A DNA stretch of 64,000 nucleotides from Alcanivoracaceae bacterium (GTDB lineage: Bacteria > Pseudomonadota > Gammaproteobacteria > Pseudomonadales > Alcanivoracaceae): NCBI GenBank assembly GCA_023146255.1, contig JAGLCJ010000016.1, forward strand, positions 14,478 to 78,477, in the 5' to 3' direction. Positions 55,956-64,000 of the stretch are shown piece by piece; position 1 is the stretch's first letter; every line of letters begins with the position of its first letter. Position numbers and translations under genes: made by a program. The notes beneath the pieces are model-generated. The model searched no databases and was not told the DNA's origin. It worked only from the letters and a program-made list of their open reading frames with translations.

Positions 55956-56261
55956 GCTTTGACTCCGTCTGTCCGTGCCCGCATTAAGGCTGGATATTGT
56001 GTCAGGTTTAGGTCAGTGGTGCATCGTATCCGATACCTGAAAGAAGTGCGCCTGTTCTCCACTTCATGGCAGAAAGTGACCTGCGGTCCGTCCTCCAGCG
56101 GCCTCATCCCCCCCACAGGGCTGGAAATACCGGGCTGCTGGCACAGACGACAAATTGAACCTTGGGGCAACAGATGATAGATTCGCGCTTGTTCACCGTT
56201 TTTTCTTACCCGCTCAGGCCCTGTGCGGGACCTGCGGTGTCATTGGAATGCTCCCGGATGG

Positions 56262-56918
56262 ATGGCCATGACTGATTTGGACACACAACAACAAGTATAT
56301 GTCGTCGGCGGACAACACCTGCAAAACTCGCTTCTCGCAGAATTCCTGACCAAGCAGGGTCTTCCTGCCAGTGCAGTACGGCGGGTAGAAGAGCTTGCTG
56401 CTGACCAGATTCGCCACCACGATCAGACTCTGGTGCTGGGGGATTTTAATACCATCGATATCAATGCATTGATCACCCACCTGATGGACATTGATCAACA
56501 GATTGATGGTGATCTGCTAATCGGCATCTTCAATGTCGACGACGAAGACTCACTTTCCCGTCTGGCCGGCTTGCCGATGGTCAATGGCGGTTTCCTGCAT
56601 GATTGCCCTCAGGACCATCTGCTCAAGGGTGTTCGGGCAATGATGGAAAACGAACTTTGGCTGCCGCGCAAAGTGCTGCAGCAGTACCTGATGAAATCCC
56701 GCGGCTTCAACAAAACCTTTGCCCGCAGCGAAGTCACCCTGACCGACCGCGAAATCGAAGTATTGAAAGTGCTGGCCACCGGCGCCAAGAACTCGGACAT
56801 CGCCCGTAGCCTGAGTCTGAGCCCGCACACCATCAAGACCCACATCTACAATATCTTCAAGAAAATCAACGCCTCCAACCGCCTGCAGGCGGTGAACTGG
56901 GCCCAGGAAAACCTCTAA
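56262..56918 (+). CDS. LuxR/GerE-family regulator, CsgD/VpsT-like
   Basis: C-terminal HTH (LTDREIEVLKVLATGAKNSDIARSLSLSPHTIKTHIYNIFKKI) and an N-terminal receiver-like domain. The start is ATG 56262 or 56268, since the ORF-track GTG 56223 has no SD. Confidence 0.8.
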   Translation: MAMTDLDTQQQVYVVGGQHLQNSLLAEFLTKQGLPASAVRRVEELAADQIRHHDQTLVLGDFNTIDINALITHLMDIDQQIDGDLLIGIFNVDDEDSLSRLAGLPMVNGGFLHDCPQDHLLKGVRAMMENELWLPRKVLQQYLMKSRGFNKTFARSEVTLTDREIEVLKVLATGAKNSDIARSLSLSPHTIKTHIYNIFKKINASNRLQAVNWAQENL

Positions 56919-56935
56919 GCCCAGTCCTCTGACAG

Positions 56936-56961
56936 AAAGGCCGGCGATGCCGGCCTTTTTT
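56936..56961 (+). terminator. Rho-independent terminator after the LuxR-family gene
   Basis: AAAGGCCGGC-GAT-GCCGGCCTTTTTT. Confidence 0.8.
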
Positions 56962-56984
56962 GTTTGTGTCAGTCGAACCGGCAC

Positions 56985-57059
56985 GGAGTGGTGCAGTACA
57001 GCCCGGTACACCAAGCGATTAACGGGGAGCGACTGTACCGGGCTGTACTGCACCACTCC
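56985..57059. repeat. Family B hairpin element, copy 2
   Basis: GGAGTGGTGCAGTAC-AGCCCGGTACACCAAGCGATTAACGGGGAGCGACTGTACCGGGCT-GTACTGCACCACTCC. The core is identical to the one at 17822-17892, while the arms differ but are self-complementary. Confidence 0.85.
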
Positions 57060-57154
57060 CTCCCCCAGTCGGCACCAAACCGCGCTTACACTGATAGAGC
57101 CTTCACCCCAAATACCCTATACTGCGCTGTCATTTTGGCCAGTAGTTTCTCTCC

Positions 57155-59980
57155 ATGGACAAGATTCTGGTACGGGGTGCACGCACCCACAATCTGAAAA
57201 ACATTGATCTCGACATCCCCCGCGACAAGCTGGTGGTGATTACCGGTTTATCCGGATCGGGCAAATCCTCGCTGGCTTTCGACACGCTCTATGCTGAAGG
57301 GCAGCGACGCTATGTTGAATCGCTGTCGACCTACGCCCGGCAGTTTCTGTCGATGATGGAAAAGCCGGACGTCGATCATATCGAAGGCCTGTCGCCGGCC
57401 ATTTCCATCGAGCAGAAGTCCACCAGCCACAACCCTCGTTCCACTGTCGGTACCATTACCGAGATATACGATTACCTGCGGCTTCTGTATGCCCGTACCG
57501 GCGAACCACGCTGCCCGACCCATCAGATTGAGCTGGCGGCACAGACGGTCAGCCAGATGGTCGATCAGGTTCTTGCAATGCCAGAAGGCAGCAAACTGAT
57601 GCTGCTGGCACCGGTGGTGCGGGACAAGAAGGGAGAACATCTGGCGCTGTTTGACCAGCTCCGTGCTCGCGGTTTCATTCGCGCCCGCATCAATGGCCGC
57701 GTACATGAACTGGACGATGCGCCGGAGCTCGACAAGAACAAAAAGCACACCATCGAAGTCGTGGTCGATCGCTTCAAGGTTCGCGACGACCTCAGCAATC
57801 GTCTGGCGGAGTCCTTCGAAACCGCGCTGGAACTGGCCGATGACATAGCCGTCATCGCGCCGATGGACAGCGAGGGTGAAGAGGTCGTGTTTTCCGCCCG
57901 CTTTGCCTGCGCCCATTGCGGCTATTCAATCCCGGAGCTGGAGCCGCGGCTGTTTTCCTTCAACAACCCGGCCGGTGCCTGCCCGAGCTGTGATGGCCTC
58001 GGCGTAAAGCAGTATTTTGACGAAGACAAGGTCATCGTCTCGGATGAGCTTTCTCTGGCTGAAGGCGCCATCCGCGGATGGGACCGTCGCAACGTTTATT
58101 ACTTCCAGATGCTGACCTCGCTGGCAGATTTTCTCGGCATCGATATCGACAAGCCGTTCCGTAAGCTGACCAAAGTCATGCGCCAGAAAGTGCTGTATGG
58201 CACCGGCAACGAAGTGGTTGAGTTCCGTTATCTGAACGACCGCGGTGATGTGGTACTACGCCGGCATCCGTTCGAAGGCATCATCCCGAATATGGAGCGT
58301 CGCTATCGGGAAACCGAATCGGAGAGCGTGCGCGAGGATCTGGCCAGCTACATGAGCACTTCGCAGTGCCCGGACTGTGGCGGCTCCCGCCTGCGTGAAG
58401 CAGCACGCAATGTGTTTATCGACAATCGCCCCTTACCGGATCTGGTCGCCATGCCAGTGGGCAAATCGTTCAGCTATTTTTCATCCCTTAAGCTGCCCGG
58501 TCATCGCGGCGAGATTGCGGAAAAAATTCTCAAGGAAATCCGTGAGCGACTGCAGTTTCTGGTTAACGTCGGTCTCGACTATCTGTCGCTGGCTCGTAAT
58601 GCCGATACCCTGTCTGGCGGCGAGGCTCAGCGTATCCGTCTCGCTTCGCAGATTGGTGCCGGCCTGGTCGGTGTCATGTATGTGCTCGACGAGCCCTCCA
58701 TTGGCCTGCATCAGCGCGATAATGAGCGCCTGCTAGCCACCCTGACCCGGCTGCGTGACCTCGGCAATACCGTGCTTGTCGTTGAGCATGACGAGGACGC
58801 GATTCGCATGGCTGACCACGTCATCGACATTGGCCCCGGCGCCGGCGTGCATGGTGGTGAGATTGTTGCCGCCGGCACCGCCACAGATGTCATGAACAAC
58901 AAACGTTCTCTGACCGGAGACTACCTGTCCGGTCGCAAGCAGATCGCCATTCCGAAGAAACGCACACCGGCTGGCAAAAAATGGCTGACGCTACACGGCG
59001 CCACTGGCAACAACCTGCAGAACACCACACTGAAGTTGCCGGTGGGTCTGATGACCTGTGTCACCGGGGTATCCGGCTCAGGCAAGTCGACGCTGGTGAA
59101 TGCCACCCTGTATCCATTGGCCGCCACGCAACTGAACGGCGCCACCCTGTTGAAGCCGGCGCCGTATGAAAAAGTCGAGGGCATGGAGCATTTCGATAAA
59201 GTCATCGATATCGACCAGAGCCCGATTGGTCGCACACCACGTTCCAATCCTGCCACCTACACCGGATTGTTTACGCCGATACGAGATCTGTTTGCCGGCA
59301 CTCAGGAAGCACGCTCACGTGGCTACAAGACCGGGCGCTTCAGCTTTAACGTTCGTGGCGGCCGCTGTGAGGCCTGTCAGGGCGACGGCGTAATCAAGGT
59401 CGAAATGCACTTTCTGCCGGACATCTACGTGCCTTGCGAGGTTTGCCACGGCAAGCGCTACAACCGCGAGACGCTGGAGATTCTGTACAAGGGCAAGAAC
59501 ATCTATCAGGTGCTGGCAATGACGGTGGAAGATGCGCGCGCGTTTTTCGACGCGGTGCCGGCTATTGCCCGGAAGCTGCAGACCCTGATGGATGTCGGCC
59601 TCAGCTACATCACCCTGGGACAAGCGGCTACCACGCTCTCGGGCGGTGAGGCCCAACGTATCAAGCTGGCCCGTGAGCTGTCCAAGCGTGATACTGGCCG
59701 AACCCTGTACATCCTCGATGAACCGACCACTGGCCTTCACTTTCATGACATACAGCAATTACTGACGGTGCTGTTCCGTCTGCGCGATCATGGCAACACC
59801 ATCGTCGTCATCGAGCACAATCTGGATGTGGTCAAGACCGCAGACTGGATTGTCGACCTTGGCCCGGAAGGCGGTGATGGTGGCGGTAAAATCATTGCCG
59901 AAGGCACACCGGAAAAAGTGGCGGCGAGCAAGGTTTCGTACACCGGCCGCTTTCTGAAGTCGATGCTGAAAATGGATTAA
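57155..59980 (+). CDS. uvrA: Excinuclease ABC subunit UvrA
   Basis: 941 aa with two ABC modules ([25 protein letters not shown]), zinc modules and a signature LSGGEAQR found twice. Confidence 0.97.
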   Translation: MDKILVRGARTHNLKNIDLDIPRDKLVVITGLSGSGKSSLAFDTLYAEGQRRYVESLSTYARQFLSMMEKPDVDHIEGLSPAISIEQKSTSHNPRSTVGTITEIYDYLRLLYARTGEPRCPTHQIELAAQTVSQMVDQVLAMPEGSKLMLLAPVVRDKKGEHLALFDQLRARGFIRARINGRVHELDDAPELDKNKKHTIEVVVDRFKVRDDLSNRLAESFETALELADDIAVIAPMDSEGEEVVFSARFACAHCGYSIPELEPRLFSFNNPAGACPSCDGLGVKQYFDEDKVIVSDELSLAEGAIRGWDRRNVYYFQMLTSLADFLGIDIDKPFRKLTKVMRQKVLYGTGNEVVEFRYLNDRGDVVLRRHPFEGIIPNMERRYRETESESVREDLASYMSTSQCPDCGGSRLREAARNVFIDNRPLPDLVAMPVGKSFSYFSSLKLPGHRGEIAEKILKEIRERLQFLVNVGLDYLSLARNADTLSGGEAQRIRLASQIGAGLVGVMYVLDEPSIGLHQRDNERLLATLTRLRDLGNTVLVVEHDEDAIRMADHVIDIGPGAGVHGGEIVAAGTATDVMNNKRSLTGDYLSGRKQIAIPKKRTPAGKKWLTLHGATGNNLQNTTLKLPVGLMTCVTGVSGSGKSTLVNATLYPLAATQLNGATLLKPAPYEKVEGMEHFDKVIDIDQSPIGRTPRSNPATYTGLFTPIRDLFAGTQEARSRGYKTGRFSFNVRGGRCEACQGDGVIKVEMHFLPDIYVPCEVCHGKRYNRETLEILYKGKNIYQVLAMTVEDARAFFDAVPAIARKLQTLMDVGLSYITLGQAATTLSGGEAQRIKLARELSKRDTGRTLYILDEPTTGLHFHDIQQLLTVLFRLRDHGNTIVVIEHNLDVVKTADWIVDLGPEGGDGGGKIIAEGTPEKVAASKVSYTGRFLKSMLKMD

Positions 59981-60089
59981 CGCCATTCATGTGGTGTTAA
60001 TCCCGTCGCCATGGTGACGCAACAATTCTCCTTCAGTCTGTTCAGCAGCGGCCCGGTTGTGGCCGCCTGACCTCAGACGGGAGTTATCC

Positions 60090-60266
60090 ATGAACGACGT
60101 TGTCTTCCGCCCCACACGCCAACCGCGGGTTACCCTGCCGCAGGACGCCGTAAACCGGCCCGGCAGTTCCCGGCAACAGGACCCCGCCATCATTCTGATC
60201 GTGGCTCTGGGCCTTTCCTTCGTGACACTGGTTCTGGCCACCGGCTGGCTTCTGATACGGGGCTGA
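60090..60266 (+). CDS. Small membrane protein (58 aa), hypothetical
   Basis: ATG 60090 has GGGAG 8 nt upstream. There is a single C-terminal TM helix (AIILIVALGLSFVTLVLATGWLLI), and a terminator follows. Confidence 0.4.
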   Translation: MNDVVFRPTRQPRVTLPQDAVNRPGSSRQQDPAIILIVALGLSFVTLVLATGWLLIRG

Positions 60267-60285
60267 ATCGGTATCCTGCAGACAC

Positions 60286-60313
60286 AAAAAAGCCGGGCAT
60301 CGCCCGGCTTTTT
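60286..60313. terminator. Bidirectional rho-independent terminator
   Basis: AAAAAAGCCGGGC-ATC-GCCCGGCTTTTT, between the small + strand ORF and the end of rplQ (- strand). Confidence 0.8.
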
Positions 60314-60330
60314 ACTGAGCAGCGTGATGC

Positions 60331-60717
60331 TTACTCAGCGTCAGCAGCCGCTGCCGGCTCCGGACGATCAACCAGCTCAACATACGCCATCGGCGCATTG
60401 TCACCGGTACGGTAGCCCATCTTCAGGACTCGCATGTAACCGCCCGGACGACTGGCATAACGCGGGCCCAGCTCGTTGAACAGGATACCTACGGCTTCCT
60501 TCGAACGAGTACGGGCAAACGCCAGACGACGATTGGCAACCGAATCAACCTTGGCCAGAGTAATCAGCGGCTCAGCAACGCTGCGCAGCTCCTTGGCTTT
60601 CGGCAAGGTGGTCTTGATGGCGCCGTGTTCGATCAGCGACACCGCCATATTACGCAGCATGGCCTGACGGTGGGCACTGGTGCGGTTAAACTTTCTGCCG
60701 CTTTTGCGATGACGCAT
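60331..60717 (-). CDS. rplQ: 50S ribosomal protein L17
   Basis: 128 aa starting [24 protein letters not shown]. Confidence 0.97.
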   Translation of the reverse strand: MRHRKSGRKFNRTSAHRQAMLRNMAVSLIEHGAIKTTLPKAKELRSVAEPLITLAKVDSVANRRLAFARTRSKEAVGILFNELGPRYASRPGGYMRVLKMGYRTGDNAPMAYVELVDRPEPAAAADAE

Positions 60718-60765
60718 GGTTCTGTTCCTTTGCTAACGGGCGCCGGCGGCGCCCAGTCAATTCAA

Positions 60766-61773
60766 TTAACGCAGTCTGTTGGTCAGGCGATCGTCGTCAC
60801 GCAGACTGACCGGCGGCCAGCTCTCAAGGCGCATGCCCAGAGACAGACCCTTGGAGGCCAGTACGTCCTTGATCTCGGTGAGCGACTTCTTACCCAGGTT
60901 CGGGGTTTTCAGCAGCTCAACCTCGGTGCGCTGAACCAGATCACCGATGTAGTAAATGTTCTCTGCCTTCAGGCAGTTGGCCGAACGCACGGTCAGCTCG
61001 AGATCGTCAACCGGGCGAAGCAGGATCGGATCCACTTCCTCGCGCAGCTCCTTCTTCTCTACCTTGCGCTCCTGCTCCAGATCAACGAACACGGCGATCT
61101 GCTGTTGCAGGATAGTAGCGGCGCGACGGATCGCCTCTTCCGGCTGAATGGTGCCGTTGGTTTCCAGATCGATAACCAGACGGTCCAGGTCAGTGCGCTG
61201 CTCAACACGGGCCGCTTCGACTACATAGGCAACACGACGCACCGGGCTGTAGCTGGCATCCAGCTGCAGACGGCCAATGCCACGGGTCTCGTCGTCTTCC
61301 GAGCGACGGGAATCTGCCGGCACATAACCGCGACCCTTGGTGATCTTGAGCTTCATACGCAGCTCGCTCTCACCATTAATGGTGCAGATCAGGTGATCCG
61401 GGTTGATGATCTCAACGCTGTGGTCGCGCTGGATGTCAGCGGCGGTCACCGGGCCCTTGCCCTTCTTGTTCAGCTCCAGCACCGCCTCGGCACGGTCATC
61501 CATACGGATGGCGATGCCTTTCAGGTTGAGCAGGATGTTGATCACGTCTTCCTGCACACCCTCAATGGCTGAGTACTCGTGCAGTACACCGTCGATCTCT
61601 ACTTCAGTAATCGCGCAACCCGGCATGGAAGACAGCAGGATGCGACGCAGAGCAGAACCGAGGGTATGACCGAACCCACGCTCCAGCGGCTCGAGAACCA
61701 CTTTGGCATGTGTCGGCGTAACGGCATTGACCGCGATAGCGCGCGGGGTCAGAAAATCGTTCACGGCGGTCAT
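60766..61773 (-). CDS. rpoA: DNA-directed RNA polymerase subunit alpha
   Basis: 335 aa with canonical RpoA sequence ([18 protein letters not shown]-like block, C-terminal domain). Confidence 0.97.
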   Translation of the reverse strand: MTAVNDFLTPRAIAVNAVTPTHAKVVLEPLERGFGHTLGSALRRILLSSMPGCAITEVEIDGVLHEYSAIEGVQEDVINILLNLKGIAIRMDDRAEAVLELNKKGKGPVTAADIQRDHSVEIINPDHLICTINGESELRMKLKITKGRGYVPADSRRSEDDETRGIGRLQLDASYSPVRRVAYVVEAARVEQRTDLDRLVIDLETNGTIQPEEAIRRAATILQQQIAVFVDLEQERKVEKKELREEVDPILLRPVDDLELTVRSANCLKAENIYYIGDLVQRTEVELLKTPNLGKKSLTEIKDVLASKGLSLGMRLESWPPVSLRDDDRLTNRLR

Positions 61774-61793
61774 GGAAATCCCTCAGGCTGTGC

Positions 61794-62420
61794 TTACTTG
61801 GAGTAAAGCTCGACGATCAGGTTCTCATTGATCTCGGCCGGCAGGTCAACGCGCTCCGGACGGGTCTTGTAAGTACCCTCCAGGCCCTTCTCGTTGACAT
61901 CGATCCAGGGCGCGAAACCGCGCTGCTGGGCCAGTTCCATTGCGCTCTTGACGCGCAGCTGGTTTTTCGACTTTTCACGCACGCTGATCACGTCGCCCGG
62001 CTGAACCTGATACGACGCCACGTTAACCGACCGGCCATTAACCAGAATGGCTCGGTGGCTGACCAGCTGACGCGCTTCGGCGCGGGTCGAGCCAAAGCCC
62101 ATGCGGTAGACAACATTGTCGAGACGGCCTTCCAGCAGCTGAAGCAGAACTTCGCCGGTGGCGCCGCGGCCCGCAGAGGCCTTCTTGTAATAGTTGCGGA
62201 ACTGCTTTTCCAGTACGCCGTACATACGACGCACCTTCTGCTTTTCACGCAGCTGCACGCCGTAATCTGACAGGCGGCCGCCGCGACGGGAGGCTGCAGC
62301 AAAACCAGGTGCCTGCTCTGCCTTGCACTTGGAGTCGAGCGGACGGATGCCACTCTTCAGAAACAGATCCGTGCCTTCGCGACGGGACAGTCTGCACTTC
62401 GGACCGAGATATCTTGCCAT
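61794..62420 (-). CDS. rpsD: 30S ribosomal protein S4
   Basis: 208 aa starting [24 protein letters not shown]. Confidence 0.97.
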   Translation of the reverse strand: MARYLGPKCRLSRREGTDLFLKSGIRPLDSKCKAEQAPGFAAASRRGGRLSDYGVQLREKQKVRRMYGVLEKQFRNYYKKASAGRGATGEVLLQLLEGRLDNVVYRMGFGSTRAEARQLVSHRAILVNGRSVNVASYQVQPGDVISVREKSKNQLRVKSAMELAQQRGFAPWIDVNEKGLEGTYKTRPERVDLPAEINENLIVELYSK

Positions 62421-62435
62421 GCTTGCTTACTCCCG

Positions 62436-62828
62436 TTACACGCGACGCTTTTTGGCCGGACGGCAGCCATTATGCGGAATAGGCGTCACGTCCTGAATGC
62501 TGGTGATCTTGTAGCCACAGGCGTGCAGTGCACGTACCGAGGACTCACGACCCGGGCCCGGGCCCTTGACGCGAACTTCGAGGTTCTTCAGCCCGTAGTC
62601 CTTGGCCGCGTTACCCGCGTTCTCCGCCGCCACCTGGGCAGCAAACGGGGTGCTCTTGCGCGAGCCGCGGAAACCGGCACCACCAGAGGTCGCCCAGGAA
62701 AGCGCGTTCCCCTGACGATCGGTAATGGTGATGATGGTGTTATTGAAGGACGCGTGTACGTGCGCAATCCCGTCCGCTACGGTACGGGTTACCTTCTTCC
62801 GACGTGCGCCACTGTCTTTTTTCGCCAT
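62436..62828 (-). CDS. rpsK: 30S ribosomal protein S11
   Basis: 130 aa containing [24 protein letters not shown]. Confidence 0.97.
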   Translation of the reverse strand: MAKKDSGARRKKVTRTVADGIAHVHASFNNTIITITDRQGNALSWATSGGAGFRGSRKSTPFAAQVAAENAGNAAKDYGLKNLEVRVKGPGPGRESSVRALHACGYKITSIQDVTPIPHNGCRPAKKRRV

Positions 62829-62854
62829 GATACGTGCCTACCTGGACTCAGGAC

Positions 62855-63211
62855 TTATTTGCGAATCGGTTTCCGCGGACCTTTACGGGTCCGGGCATTG
62901 GTTTTGGTACGCTGACCGCGTACCGGCAAGCCGCGACGGTGACGGATGCCGCGGAAGCACCCGAGATCCATCAACCGCTTGATGTTCATACTGACTTCCC
63001 GACGCAGGTCACCCTCGACCGGAAGCTTGGCCACTTCGCCACGCAGGGCGTCAAGCTGTGCCTCAGACAGATCACGCACCTTGGTGGTGGGGTCAATGCC
63101 AGTGGCAACGCAAAGCTTCTTCGCAGTGGTGTTGCCGACGCCAAAAATATAGGTCAGCGAGATCACCGCGTGCTTGTTGTCCGGGATGTTTACGCCTGCA
63201 ATACGGGCCAT
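62855..63211 (-). CDS. rpsM: 30S ribosomal protein S13
   Basis: 118 aa starting [24 protein letters not shown]. Confidence 0.97.
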   Translation of the reverse strand: MARIAGVNIPDNKHAVISLTYIFGVGNTTAKKLCVATGIDPTTKVRDLSEAQLDALRGEVAKLPVEGDLRREVSMNIKRLMDLGCFRGIRHRRGLPVRGQRTKTNARTRKGPRKPIRK

Positions 63212-63327
63212 CCGATATATCTCCGATTTACACTCTACTTGCCGGCTCTGGGGTAACGCCGAAGGGCGGCGATACTAGCGTCAGAGACGACGGATTTCAA
63301 CCTGTGCGTGATCCGGAACGACCCGAA

Positions 63328-63444
63328 TCAGCCCTGGCGCTGCTTGTGACGCGGTTCTGCGGCGCAAATTACCATCACCCGACCCTTACGGCGGATGATC
63401 TTGCACTGACGGCACACCGTTTTCACCGAAGCCTGTACTTTCAT
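63328..63444 (-). CDS. rpmJ: 50S ribosomal protein L36
   Basis: Not in the ORF track because it is too short. The reverse strand reads ATG AAA GTA CAG GCT TCG GTG AAA..., giving [38 protein letters not shown] plus a stop (38 aa), between secY and rpsM as expected. Confidence 0.9.
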   Translation of the reverse strand: MKVQASVKTVCRQCKIIRRKGRVMVICAAEPRHKQRQG

Positions 63445-63465
63445 TGCCTTAGCCTCTTCTCTGAA

Positions 63466-64000
63466 TCAGCGCACCAGACCGGTGCTGCCATAACCTTTCA
63501 TGTTGGACTTCTTCATCAGCTTCTCGTACTGAGTCGACATCAGGTGCGCATTGACCTGAGCCCAGAAGTCCATCACCACCACTACCACGATCAACAGCGA
63601 GGTCCCGCCCAGATAGAAGGGTACGTTCGCGGTTTCCTGCAGGATGATCGGCAACAGACACACTGCGGCCATATAACCTGCACCGATCAGGGTCAAACGG
63701 CTCATCACGGTATCAATGTATCTGGCCGACTGCTCACCCGGGCGAATTCCAGGGATGTAGGCGCCGGACTTCTTCAGGTTGTCCGCAACATCCTTCGGGT
63801 TGAACATCAGCGCCGTGTAGAAATAGCAGAAGAACACGATGCCAGCGGTAAACAACAACACGTACAGCGGAGTACCCGGCAACAGCGCGTCGGTAACCGC
63901 ACGCAAGGTATCTGACCAGGCCGACTCACCGCCGGCGCTACCAAACCACTGGCCGATAGAGGCCGGGAATAGCAGGATCGAGCTGGCAAAAATCGCAGGA
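63466..64000 (-). CDS. secY: Preprotein translocase subunit SecY (3' part; gene continues beyond the window)
   Basis: The reading frame is open to the window edge ([20 protein letters not shown]...). The ORF-track start at 63906 is an internal TTG. The C-terminus has a SecY-like sequence. Confidence 0.93.
   Translation of the reverse strand, partial: PAIFASSILLFPASIGQWFGSAGGESAWSDTLRAVTDALLPGTPLYVLLFTAGIVFFCYFYTALMFNPKDVADNLKKSGAYIPGIRPGEQSARYIDTVMSRLTLIGAGYMAAVCLLPIILQETANVPFYLGGTSLLIVVVVVMDFWAQVNAHLMSTQYEKLMKKSNMKGYGSTGLVR

Noticed and set aside
55956-57154. LexA (SOS) boxes upstream of ssb and uvrA
   Set aside because: I scanned by eye for CTGT-N8-ACAG. Only partial matches turned up (for example CTGTTCTCCACTTCAT). 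I found no convincing box, and a PWM scan would be needed.
60625-61572. 315-aa plus-strand ORF antisense to rpoA, and the similar ORF at 63058..63915 over rpmJ/secY
   Set aside because: They are antisense to universally conserved ribosomal-operon genes.

Overview
64-kb chromosomal window from a high-GC gammaproteobacterium. The gene content (two-domain fatty acyl-CoA reductase, Acr1-like reductase, beta-propeller phytase, Pseudomonas-style REP sequences) hints at a marine Alcanivorax/Marinobacter-like lineage, but the taxon cannot be fixed from the sequence alone. Most of the window is core genome. It holds the cell-wall block rlmH-mrdA-rodA-mltB-rlpA-dacA-aminotransferase-ybeD (1-7.9 kb), lipB-lipA, mpl, a PPi-type phosphofructokinase, ppa, katG, ssb, uvrA, and the 3' end of the alpha ribosomal operon (secY partial, rpmJ, rpsM, rpsK, rpsD, rpoA, rplQ). 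Accessory content: (1) a 6-kb opposite-strand block that breaks the ybeD-lipB synteny (quinone oxidoreductase, hypothetical, phytase, cupredoxin, copA, DUF3703); (2) a molybdoenzyme and a 7TMR-DISM hybrid kinase; (3) a MoxR/VWA pair with small redox and hydrolase genes; (4) a TetR-linked fatty acyl-CoA reductase; (5) an orphan OsmC-YcaO fusion; (6) an AraC-linked operon of an Acr1-like reductase, a long GMC flavoprotein and two uncharacterised proteins; (7) a HAMP adenylate cyclase with a coupled lipoprotein; (8) an ssb-gspN-gspC-gspD string followed by a double-FHA tail-anchored protein. I saw no rRNA, tRNA, CRISPR array, transposase or integrase. Three families of palindromic intergenic repeats are visible. 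Two of them have a conserved core and copy-specific but self-complementary arms. The best candidates for undescribed biology are the Acr1/GMC/unknown/unknown operon, the OsmC-YcaO fusion, the partial T2SS module coupled to ssb and an FHA protein, and the covarying palindromic elements. All functional calls rest on motif recognition by eye and need HMM or BLAST confirmation.
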